Shown: piece after piece, positions 16,505 through 24,618 of the stretch
How positions within the stretch are numbered: the first letter of the stretch is position 1
Layout: every line of letters begins with the position of its first letter
NCBI GenBank assembly: GCA_016215325.1
Contig: JACRJV010000007.1
Location: 3,728-67,727, forward strand
DNA: 64,000 bases
Source of the DNA: Candidatus Uhrbacteria bacterium
Lineage (GTDB): Bacteria > Patescibacteriota > Patescibacteriia > JACRJV01
Direction: 5' to 3'
Made by a program: the position numbers and the translations under genes
The notes under the pieces: model-generated
What the model was told of the DNA's origin: nothing
The model's database searches: none
Seen by the model: the letters and a program-made list of their open reading frames with translations, nothing else

Positions 16505-17239
16505 ATTACGATCACAACAATCTTATGATTGTTGTGTCACTGATCACCACTGGGCAAACGGCTTTCCCGTACCCTAGCGGTTCCCAAATATCGTTATTGT
16601 TTTCTTCCCGTTCCTCCGCGCCATCTCGCGCAACGCCAGAATTTTTGAATATCCGGTGTCGCTCAGATGTTCTTTCTTCGCGATGATTTCCACCACGCGT
16701 CGAAAGATGTTGAAGGATTGCTGTTTTTTCGACTGAAGAGGGTGTTGTGCCTTCTCCGTCAACAAAACCCACAACATAGTGTGGCGGTAACGGTCGGAAA
16801 TGATAATTTGGTTTCACTCCTTCCCCAGAAAAACTTCTGAGTACTATGAGATCTGCTGACTTCTTGTACTTCATAAGAATGCTTGTTTCCAAACACTCCG
16901 CCATCACCTCGTGATTAATTCATCACGATGTAGTATACCACAATTTGATGATGGAAGGTACAAGATCTCCCTGGGTCACGAACAAGAATAATTGTCTCTA
17001 TCGGGATCCTAATCACATACAGCATTTTGTGTTCGAATAATTTCCCCCTGTACGCGCGGGGTCATCCAAACTGTATGCCACCATTGATTCACGCTAAAGA
17101 CTGCGTCCGAACTCTCGTCAGAGCCCTCGCGGGCACTGGCGTGTTCTTTGCTTCAAGTCTTTCGAACGAGACTTGGTCGGATTTCCTGCCTGCCGACAGG
17201 CAGGTCACCAACATTCGTTGTCCGCTACCAGGCGGTCCG
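16505..17239 (-). mobile_element. Intron/IVS inside the 16S rRNA gene, inserted between the GUACAC and ACCGCCCGUC segments near E. coli position ~1397
   Basis: The boundaries are unambiguous by alignment to the universal 16S sequence. The intron begins GGACCGCCUGG and ends ...CGUAAU, so it shows neither the group I terminal G nor the group II GUGYG. Its class cannot be determined by eye. Confidence 0.8.
16512..16907 (-). pseudogene. Degenerate LAGLIDADG homing-endonuclease ORF inside the 16S intron, probably frameshifted
   Basis: The 131-aa ORF contains ...HYVVGFVDGEG, a LAGLIDADG motif, but then turns low-complexity. An overlapping ORF in a second frame (16574..16777) carries the endonuclease-like continuation ...SFNIFRRVVEIIAKKEHLSDTGYSKILALRE... 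Confidence 0.5.
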
Positions 17240-17550
17240 TGTACAAAACCCGAGAACGTATTCACCGCGGCGAGGCTGATCCGCGATTACTAGCGATTCC
17301 TGCTTCATGAGGGCGAGTTGCAGCCCTCAATCTGAACTGGGGGGTGATTTGATGGGATTAGCTCCAGCTTGCGCTTTGGCGGCCCATTGTAGCACCCCAT
17401 TGTAGCACGTGTGTCGCCCAGGACGTAAGAGCCATGCTGATTTGACGTCATCCCCACCTTCCTCCCCCTTGAGGGGGGCAGTCTCGCCAGACACTTGTAA
17501 CTGGCAATAGGGGTTGCGCTCGTTTCCAGACTTAACTGTACACCTTACGG

Positions 17551-17583
<33 letters not shown>

Positions 17584-17695
17584 TGCACCCTCGAAGGTCA
17601 CACGTTTCCGTGCGCTTGCAGCATCATGTCAAGCCCTGGTAAGGTTCCTCGCTTATTGTCGAATTGAACCACATGCTCCACCGCTTGTGCGGGTT

Positions 17696-17744
<49 letters not shown>

Positions 17745-19037
17745 GATACTTAAGGGGTTACCTTTGATAAACGACACTGGGAGGGTCGATACTCCCAATG
17801 TCTAGTATCCATCGTTTACGGCGTGGATTACGCGGGTATCTAATCCGCTTCACTCCCCACGCTTTCGTCTCTCAGCGTCAGATCCGTCCTAGTATGCTGC
17901 TTTCGCCTTTGGTGTTCCTGCCGATATTAACGCATTTTACTACTACACCGACAGTTCCGCATACCTCTTCCGGCCTCAATCCTGACCATCTCTCCCGCAG
18001 CGCCGAAGTTAAGCTTCAGCATTTAACAGAAGATGCATCAGGACGCCTACAGACGCTTTACGCCCAATAAATCCGGATAACGCTTGAACCACTCGTATTA
18101 CCGCGGCTGCTGGCACGAGTTTAGCAGGTCCTTATTCCCACCATACCGTCAGAAATCGGGGATCGGATATCGGAAATCGAAACGGAGGAATCCGACTTCT
18201 GATCTCTGAACCCCGACCTCTTCTTCTGGTGGAAAAGCAGTTTACACTCCGAAGAGCTTCATCCTGCACGCGGCGTCGCTCCCTCAGACTTTCGTCCATT
18301 GGGGAAGATTCTTGACTGCAGCCTCCCGTAGGAGTCGGGCCAGTATTTCAGTGCCCGTGAGGCGGGTCGTGCTCTCACACCCGCTACCCGTCGTCGCCTT
18401 GGTGGGCTTTTACCCCGCCAACTAGCTGATAGGCCATAGGCCCCTCTCCGAGCGGATTGCTCCGTTACTCCAAAACTCTTGCGAGAATGGAGACCATTGG
18501 GAATTAGCGTCTCTTTCGAAACGTTATGCCCATCTCGAAGGTAGGTTACCAATGTGTTACTCACCCGTTTGCCACTCTGCGCGCTCCGCGCTGAAATATC
18601 GATATATCGAAATATCGAAATGTCAGTGCGAAGCACGCAGCGTTCGACTTGCATGCCTTAGACACGCCGCCAGCGTTCATCCTGAACCAGGATCAAATTC
18701 TCAAGAAGATTGAATGTTGATTGCTCAACGGTTCAATATACTGTTCCTAAGAACAGATTTGGTTGCTTAGTTATTTTGTTGAATTGACGTATTGCTATCA
18801 CGTTTCTTGTTTCAACCTTACATTGTTGTCTACCCAATTTTCAATGTACGATCCCTTGAGAGAGAAAAAAATACACCCGCCCATGTGCTTCCAGCGCATC
18901 CGTAAATCCACACATAGACTGGCTGTAGAATGTTTCCGTATTGTTGGCCGTTTGGGCCATCCCCAAGGGGCAACGGGTAGTATGACGGAAACAAAAGCCG
19001 GTGTCAAGAGCAAGTCTGAGATGCAAATACATCTCCG

Positions 19038-19316
19038 TTACCGATACAATTGACTATGCGTTCCGAGAAATAAAAATACGAATGCATCGTCGCTTAATAC
19101 TTTGTAGATCGCTCTCCAATCTCCAGTGACGTCGATACTACGATATCCCAAATACATTCCTTGGAGCGCGTGATTACTCAGACGTGAATCAAACGGGTCG
19201 CGTTGGAACGAACCAAGGCGCTCATACAACGCTGCTTGAATCTTTGTTGGGGCTGTTTGAAGCTGCTTCTTAAATCGAGTATGGAAGTGAATCGTCATAA
19301 CTACAGCCGGAATCAC
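19038..19316 (-). CDS. relE: Type II toxin of the RelE/ParE (YafQ-like) family
   Basis: The sequence ...ALQGMYLGYRSIDVTGDWRAIYKV... matches the family signature. There is a 4-nt overlap with the upstream antitoxin gene. Confidence 0.75.
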   Translation of the reverse strand: MIPAVVMTIHFHTRFKKQLQTAPTKIQAALYERLGSFQRDPFDSRLSNHALQGMYLGYRSIDVTGDWRAIYKVLSDDAFVFLFLGTHSQLYR

Positions 19317-19594
19317 TTCTGTTTCAGGTACTCGATCATTTTGTTGACATCCGTAAACCCTTTGGACATATTGCGTCCTTTCTTGATGTCACGATCGATA
19401 GGACCGAGCGCCCGCTCCAGCTCCTCGGACATCGTGAACGGCTCGCCCAGCGTCAACCGCTTCTCTCGCACGAATTGTTTGAGTTGAGCGTTCACGATGA
19501 TACTGAGCGGGACACCAACATCATGCGCCAATCGTTGGGCCTTGGTCTTGAGGACTTTATCAATTTTTACATTAAGGACGGTTTTAGTCTCCAT
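19313..19594 (-). CDS. relB: RelB/DinJ-family antitoxin
   Basis: This 93-aa gene sits upstream of the toxin and is translationally coupled to it. The sequence ...LNVKIDKVLKTKAQRLAHDVGVPLSIIVNAQLKQFV... is a ribbon-helix-helix-like N-terminus. Confidence 0.65.
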   Translation of the reverse strand: METKTVLNVKIDKVLKTKAQRLAHDVGVPLSIIVNAQLKQFVREKRLTLGEPFTMSEELERALGPIDRDIKKGRNMSKGFTDVNKMIEYLKQK

Positions 19595-19625
19595 ATAATA
19601 AGTGATAGTGAATACCCATAACTAA

Positions 19626-19654
19626 AGTATACACAACGGTTATAATTTTGTCAA
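19626..19654 (-). promoter_or_regulatory. Sigma70-type promoter for relBE
   Basis: The minus strand reads TTGACA-17 nt-TATACT. It ends about 30 nt upstream of the relB ATG. Confidence 0.55.
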
Positions 19655-19710
19655 TGGACTGGCAAATACTGCAGCGGGGGGCGGGGAGGCCGCTATCGCT
19701 ATAATAGACA

Positions 19711-19746
19711 AGCCCCTGGACGCACACGGTGGTGTACATCCAGGGG
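19711..19746 (-). terminator. GC-rich stem-loop downstream of the Cys-peptide ORF
   Basis: The 9-bp stem GCCCCTGGA...TCCAGGGGC encloses an 18-nt loop. On the minus strand it is followed by TTGTCTATTATAG. Confidence 0.35.
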
Positions 19747-19798
19747 CTGCGCGAGTCCGGGGCAATGCGCGCTGTGCGCCATCGCCCCGGGGTCACAG

Positions 19799-19897
19799 TC
19801 AGTGACAGCGCCCGCTGCAACGCGGGCACCAGTACGTTCTGCACCAACCGCACCAGTAGTAACTGCATCCACACCAACAGTCCCCTGCCCAGGACAT
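19799..19897 (-). CDS. Small 32-aa peptide rich in Cys and Trp, MSWAGDCWCGCSYYWCGWCRTYWCPRCSGRCH. An alternative start at 19912 gives MEELG...
   Basis: A perfect GGAGGAG Shine-Dalgarno sequence lies 6 nt upstream of the ATG. The peptide has 9 Cys, 5 Trp and 3 Tyr in 32 residues. It lies in a GC-rich island. Confidence 0.45.
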   Translation of the reverse strand: MSWAGDCWCGCSYYWCGWCRTYWCPRCSGRCH

Positions 19898-19938
19898 TCC
19901 AAGCTCCTCCATACCCCTCGCTTTCCGGGCGAGGTTCG

Positions 19939-20166
19939 TTACACGGACGGAGAAAATGTTCCAATCGACCCGCCACAGGTGTGGTGGCGGATTTCCCCAT
20001 TCGAGGTTGCCACGATCACGAACCGTCCTCGATGACGCTCGCCGATATGATCTGGCGGGCATCCACACGGGATGGCTCTGATCGCACGAGGCGTATCCAT
20101 GGCCTGGGGGAGATTTCGCCATCGTCGTGAGCGCATCTCAACCCAGTAACGAAAGTTCATTTTCAT
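19939..20166 (-). CDS. Hypothetical 75-aa protein, first ORF of the mini-operon
   Basis: GGAGGAG sits 4 nt upstream of the ATG. The sequence is MKMNFRYWVEMRSRRWRNLPQAMDTPRAIRAIPCGCPPDHIGERHRGRFVIVATSNGEIRHHTCGGSIGTFSPSV. I recognised no family. Confidence 0.35.
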   Translation of the reverse strand: MKMNFRYWVEMRSRRWRNLPQAMDTPRAIRAIPCGCPPDHIGERHRGRFVIVATSNGEIRHHTCGGSIGTFSPSV

Positions 20167-20746
20167 GCTGCTCCTCCGTTAGTTTGATTACGAAACTCCT
20201 CTACCGGAACTTGGCCCTGCAGTAGAAGCAAAAAAAATACTTGCAGAATATGCAATAATAAGTCCTCCCACTACATATTTCGCACGCCCAGGCGGTCTCT
20301 AAACTCCATGCCGCGGCGCACCAAATACAATGATATCTCATCTTTCCTTTCTCAATCTCGCTTTCCGGGCGAGACGATCGTCACCACCAGTTGTCAATGT
20401 CCAATTCCCCCTCCTCTGGCGCCCCGAGCATGATTCCGGATGCCGGAGGAGAATACAAAACAAAGCCACCGCCGGATAAGGGCGGTGGCCGTTTTTGCGT
20501 TTAAGAAGGATTGTTCTTATGCAAACTTAGCCAGCCCTTACCGGGGTAAGGAGGCTAAGAAGCAAACTCTTTTGTACAACAGAAATAATCATAATAAAGC
20601 CATGATAGGCGTTTACTGGGGTGTTGTCAAGCAACAAGATGTAAGAGCAGAATCTGCTATTCGTCTGCTGGATGTGAGGAGCATTCCAAACTCCTTGCCG
20701 TTCCGAAAGGGTCGAAAACGGCAACATTATATCATTAATAATAACG

Positions 20747-22174
20747 ATGCCACGTATGAACTTCATCCCTCTTACCCTTGCCGGTGCCTTGATCGTCACT
20801 TCGTTCTCGTTCAAACTCCCTTGGAACTGGAACGTGAACACAGACGCACAAGGCCAGCAGACCGCCACCGTCACGGTTGCAGCCAACGCAAATACAAATG
20901 ACAAAAAGGGAAATGGAAACGGGAACGCAAATGGACAACAGAAACCCATGCCGTGGGGGATCTTCAAAAAGTTGCTCACCGCAGCCAATGATGTGACCGC
21001 GCCCATCTTACGCGACATTCGCGTCAAGGCGGAATCAGAGGGCAGCGCAAAAATAGAATGGAAAACCAACGAAAAAACTTCGGGTGAAGTCCGGTATGGA
21101 TTAACCGCAAATTACGGGCTCATGAACACAGACAACGGGAAGATGAAGAAAAGCCATTCGGTCAAACTCTCAAACTTGTCAGCCAATACCACCTACCACA
21201 TCCAAGTCGTCAGTAAAGACGCAGCCGGCAATGTGGCCACTTCGGCCGATATGACGGTCACCACAAAACCGGCAGAACCCCGTGAGGACGATGATGAAGA
21301 AGATGAGGACCGCGATACCATCGCCCCGTTGCTGTTCAACCTCTCGGTCAATGGCGAAACACGCGACTCTGCGGTTGTCCGCTGGGCGACCAATGAAAAA
21401 ACTACAAGCCAAGTGCACTATGGCCTTACAGCAAGTTATGGGCAATCCACCAGCGTGGATACAGATCTAACCACCAATCACGAAGTCCGATTGATCGGGC
21501 TTACCGCCAATACGACGTACCACTTCAAGGTTGAATCCAAAGATGCCGCCGGTAATGTCTCAGCCAGCGGTGATGTGACGCTCACGACCCGGGCAGCTCC
21601 GGATATAACGGCTCCGATTATCTCCGACGTAAATGTATCCGCTACGACGGATCACTCGGCAACGATCCAATGGACCAGTAACGAAGGGGCAACGTCTCAA
21701 GTGCTCTATGGCACAACCGCAAGTTATGGGTCTTCCACAACAATCGACTCGTCTCTGACAACGAGTCATTCGGTAGCCCTCTCCGGCCTTGCCGCCAACA
21801 CCACCTACCACTACCAAGTGAAGTCGGTGGATGGATCCGGCAACATCTCAACCTCTGCGGATGCAACATTCACAACCGCTGGGGATGCCACGGCTCCAAC
21901 AATCTCCAATCTAGTCGTGACCAATGTCGCGCGGACAACGGCAATCGTGCGATGGACGACCAGCGAACCGGCGACATCGAAGGTATCTTACAGTGCGGGA
22001 TCGAGCTTTAACGCCGACACCGCCTTCAGCCTGAGTAGCTCTGCGCTTCTGGGCAATCACAGCATGTTGATTGTGGGGCTCTCCGCCAATACCACGTATA
22101 CACTCAAGGTGGATTCTGTGGACGCCTCTGGCAATGCCGCCGCCTCGGCACAACTGACGTTCACAACGCGCTAG
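20747..22174 (+). CDS. Secreted protein with four tandem fibronectin-III-like repeats
   Basis: There is a signal peptide. A ~95-aa unit ending ...LSGLxANTTYHxxVxSxDAAGNxS...TxTT is repeated four times, joined by an acidic linker. Confidence 0.65.
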   Translation: MPRMNFIPLTLAGALIVTSFSFKLPWNWNVNTDAQGQQTATVTVAANANTNDKKGNGNGNANGQQKPMPWGIFKKLLTAANDVTAPILRDIRVKAESEGSAKIEWKTNEKTSGEVRYGLTANYGLMNTDNGKMKKSHSVKLSNLSANTTYHIQVVSKDAAGNVATSADMTVTTKPAEPREDDDEEDEDRDTIAPLLFNLSVNGETRDSAVVRWATNEKTTSQVHYGLTASYGQSTSVDTDLTTNHEVRLIGLTANTTYHFKVESKDAAGNVSASGDVTLTTRAAPDITAPIISDVNVSATTDHSATIQWTSNEGATSQVLYGTTASYGSSTTIDSSLTTSHSVALSGLAANTTYHYQVKSVDGSGNISTSADATFTTAGDATAPTISNLVVTNVARTTAIVRWTTSEPATSKVSYSAGSSFNADTAFSLSSSALLGNHSMLIVGLSANTTYTLKVDSVDASGNAAASAQLTFTTR

Positions 22175-22185
22175 GGAACAACACA

Positions 22186-22218
22186 AGAAATAACCCCGCA
22201 TTGCGGGGTTATTTTTTA
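22186..22218. terminator. Bidirectional intrinsic terminator between the convergent FN3-protein gene and trmD
   Basis: The hairpin reads AAATAACCCCGCA-TTG-CGGGGTTATTTTTT and is flanked on both sides by A/T runs. Confidence 0.75.
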
Positions 22219-22962
22219 CTTATGGCGCGCATACTTCTTGCGCCACTGCTCTATTTTTTTGTGATCGCCGCTTAACAAAACGTTGGGAACGGTCAACGTC
22301 CGAGGGTTGAGTTTCTTCTTGCCCCTATACCCCATACCCTGAACCCTGATCGCTTCCGGCCGTGTATACTGTGGGTACTCCACATACCCTTCCGTGGAAT
22401 GCGTTTCATTCACAATCGATTCTGGGTCCCCTACCACCCCGGGGATCATGCGGCTCACGGCATCGATCACAACAAGTGCGGGCAGCTCCCCACCCAGTAA
22501 CACATAGGGGCCGATGGAAATCTTCTCATCCGCAAATTTATACACGCGCTCATCAAAGCCCTCATAGCGACCACAGAGCAGAACGAGCTGGTCGTATGTT
22601 GTCAACCGTTTGGCCATTGCCTGAGTGAGTTGCTTGCCGGCGGGGTCGAGAGCGATGACACGAGTACGAGTTCGAGAGTTACGAGTGACGAGTGACGAGT
22701 GTGGCGACGTTTTTTTCGTAACCCGTAACCCGTAACCCGTAACCGTCTCCAAACACCGTATCATAATATCCGCCCGGAGGATCATTCCCGGCCCCCCGCC
22801 ATAGGGCCGATCATCCACCACATGGTGTTTGCCCGGCGCATAATCGCGCAAGTTATGGACCCGGAAATCCAAAAGTCCCTTCTTTTGAGCATGCTTCAAC
22901 AAGCTCTCATTCAGATACGGCGGGAACAATTCCGGGAAGATGGTGATGATGTCGAATACCAT
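22216..22962 (-). CDS. trmD: tRNA (guanine37-N1)-methyltransferase TrmD, carrying two in-frame repeat-derived insertions
   Basis: The sequence ...VDDRPYGGGPGMIL...LLCGRYEGFDERV...GGELPALVVIDAVSRMIPGVVG... identifies TrmD. The ORF is open from 22983, but the likely start is MVFDIITIFPE. Confidence 0.9.
   Translation of the reverse strand: MVFDIITIFPELFPPYLNESLLKHAQKKGLLDFRVHNLRDYAPGKHHVVDDRPYGGGPGMILRADIMIRCLETVTGYGLRVTKKTSPHSSLVTRNSRTRTRVIALDPAGKQLTQAMAKRLTTYDQLVLLCGRYEGFDERVYKFADEKISIGPYVLLGGELPALVVIDAVSRMIPGVVGDPESIVNETHSTEGYVEYPQYTRPEAIRVQGMGYRGKKKLNPRTLTVPNVLLSGDHKKIEQWRKKYARHK
22659..22745. repeat. Heptamer repeat block ((ACGAGTG)n ... TTTTTTT ... (CGTAACC)n) inserted in-frame inside trmD
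   Basis: The nucleotide sequence ACGAGTACGAGTTCGAGAGTTACGAGTGACGAGTGACGAGTG-TGGCGACGTTTTTTT-CGTAACCCGTAACCCGTAACCCGTAACC is translated as GLRVTKKTSPHSSLVTRNSRTRTRV, which is absent from E. coli TrmD. A second in-frame motif CCCCTATACCCCATACCCTGAACCCTG lies at 22323..22348. Confidence 0.7.
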
Positions 22963-22985
22963 AGCATGGGAACCATAATGCAAAT

Positions 22986-23053
22986 ATACAAATCAATTCG
23001 AATGCTACAAATATTCGTTGTATTTGCATCCATTCGCATATTCGCATTATGTT
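22986..23053 (-). promoter_or_regulatory. Conserved ~70-bp leader/promoter element. A second copy is at 45830..45897 upstream of yraN.
   Basis: On the minus strand it reads CATAATGCGAATATGCGAATGGATGCAAATACAACGAATATTTGTAGCATTCGAATTGATTTGTATATTTGCATTATGG. The two copies are about 80% identical and each ends 14-20 nt before the likely start codon. They contain a GCGAAT direct repeat and a possible TTGTAG-16-TATATT promoter. Confidence 0.5.
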
Positions 23054-23070
23054 TTTCATTATGTTCCTCA

Positions 23071-23099
23071 TTGACCAAATCGTCAAACTCTGCTATACT
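23071..23099 (+). promoter_or_regulatory. Sigma70-type promoter for the KH-protein gene
   Basis: The sequence reads TTGACC-17 nt-TATACT, about 70 nt upstream of the ATG at 23168. Confidence 0.5.
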
Positions 23100-23167
23100 G
23101 ATAGTCAAAGCTGCACTGTCGTCGAACAGGAACGCTTCTTTACAATCTGTTTATCATTATTGATGAT

Positions 23168-23521
23168 ATGGCTGAGCAACACAGCGATCAGCAATTCGTC
23201 GAGTACGTCGTAAAAGCAATCGTCAACCACCCGGAAGACGTTTCCACCGACCGCACTGTCGACGAGATGGGGGTTTTAATCACCCTCAAAGTCAACCCCG
23301 AGGACATGGGGTATGTGATTGGCCGCAGCGGTCAAACGGCCCGGAGCCTGCGCACACTCTTGAAAATTGTAGGTGCCAAGAACAACGCCCGCGTGAACCT
23401 TAAGATCTTCGAACCGGAAGGTTCTCGCCGCCCGCCCCGCCGCGAATATGCAGACGCCGCTCCATCGATGTCCTCCCACGAGGATGTGAGTACCGAGATG
23501 GTGGATGACTTGAAGATTTAA
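23168..23521 (+). CDS. KH-domain RNA-binding protein (YlqC/UPF0109-like)
   Basis: The sequence ...MGYVIGRSGQTARSLRTLLKIVGAKNNARVNLKI... carries a KH GxxG loop. Confidence 0.7.
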   Translation: MAEQHSDQQFVEYVVKAIVNHPEDVSTDRTVDEMGVLITLKVNPEDMGYVIGRSGQTARSLRTLLKIVGAKNNARVNLKIFEPEGSRRPPRREYADAAPSMSSHEDVSTEMVDDLKI

Positions 23522-23534
23522 ACTTCGATACGAG

Positions 23535-23562
23535 AAAACCCCGGATAACTCCGGGGTTTTAT
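23535..23562. terminator. Intrinsic terminator
   Basis: The hairpin reads AAAACCCCGGA-TAAC-TCCGGGGTTTTAT. Confidence 0.8.
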
Positions 23563-23609
23563 ATTCTTCGACCAAGGTCCCTACCAAAGCAGCGCCCGCA
23601 TGGAGAAGT

Positions 23610-24611
23610 TTATTTTATCGGATTCAAGGGAGGCTTGCCGGACAGCACGGCAATAATATTTTTCGCGGCAATCTCCCCCATCTGTCCCCGCGCCTCTATG
23701 GCGGCCGACGCGGTATGAGGGGTGAGGATCACGTTGTCCATGAGTCGTAGCTCAAGATGATCATTCGGATCTGTATCGATCTTTGGCTCACACTCATACA
23801 CATCCAATGCCGCCCCCGCGATCCTTCCTGTCTTGAGCGCACGAAGAAGCGCCTTCTCACAAACCACGGGGCCCCGCGCCGTGTTGATGACAAACGCCGT
23901 TTTTTTCATCATCGCAAATTCTGCGGTGTCAATAAGATGCCGCGTGGAGGGGAGGAGTGGAACGTGCAAACTCACGACATCCGCTTCCTGGAGGAGCTCT
24001 TCCTTCGAACAATACCGAGCATGTAACTCCTTCTCCATTTCTGGCGCCCGCTTGGTATCGCTATACACGACGTGCATTCCAAGCGCATGTGCCCGCCGAG
24101 CCGTTGCAATGCCAATTCGACCGGTGCCAATGATCCCAAACACCTTGCCGACAAGAAGGGTCCCGGTGAACAATGCGGGATCCCATCCACAATACGCACC
24201 CTTACGGACAAATTTATCACTCTCAACAATCCGGTGGGCGAGCCCCAACGCCATCGCAATCGCATGTTCAGCAACATTTTCACAAATAAGTTCACTGGGC
24301 GCATTCGTCACAACAACCCCACGCTGCTTGGCATCACTCAAATTAATATTGTCAAACCCAACAGCATAATTGGCAACAATTTTTAACTGTTTGCCTGCGG
24401 CATCCATGACCGTTCCATCAACCGGATCTGTTAATAATGCGAGGATCGCGTCCGCGCCCTTCACGAACTTTTTGAGCTCTGCCGCGGTCAATGGACGATT
24501 CAATGTGCTGACCGTTACCGCAAAATCCTTTTGCGCCCGAAGAAGCGGTATCCCCCCGCCAGGAATTTGACGAGTGACAACGACGGTAAACCGAGAGTTC
24601 TGTTTTCTCAT
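23610..24611 (-). CDS. D-isomer-specific 2-hydroxyacid dehydrogenase (glycerate dehydrogenase / hydroxypyruvate reductase-like)
   Basis: An NAD-binding GxGxxG motif (...GIIGTGRIGIATARRAHALGMHVVYSD...) and catalytic R/E/H residues are present. Confidence 0.75.
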   Translation of the reverse strand: MRKQNSRFTVVVTRQIPGGGIPLLRAQKDFAVTVSTLNRPLTAAELKKFVKGADAILALLTDPVDGTVMDAAGKQLKIVANYAVGFDNINLSDAKQRGVVVTNAPSELICENVAEHAIAMALGLAHRIVESDKFVRKGAYCGWDPALFTGTLLVGKVFGIIGTGRIGIATARRAHALGMHVVYSDTKRAPEMEKELHARYCSKEELLQEADVVSLHVPLLPSTRHLIDTAEFAMMKKTAFVINTARGPVVCEKALLRALKTGRIAGAALDVYECEPKIDTDPNDHLELRLMDNVILTPHTASAAIEARGQMGEIAAKNIIAVLSGKPPLNPIK

Positions 24612-24618
24612 AGTCCAC

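Noticed and set aside
20527-21069. 180-aa minus-strand ORF and a 67-aa ORF overlapping the start of the FN3-repeat gene
   Set aside because: They are antisense to a gene with a clear signal peptide and four internal repeats. The composition is not protein-like.
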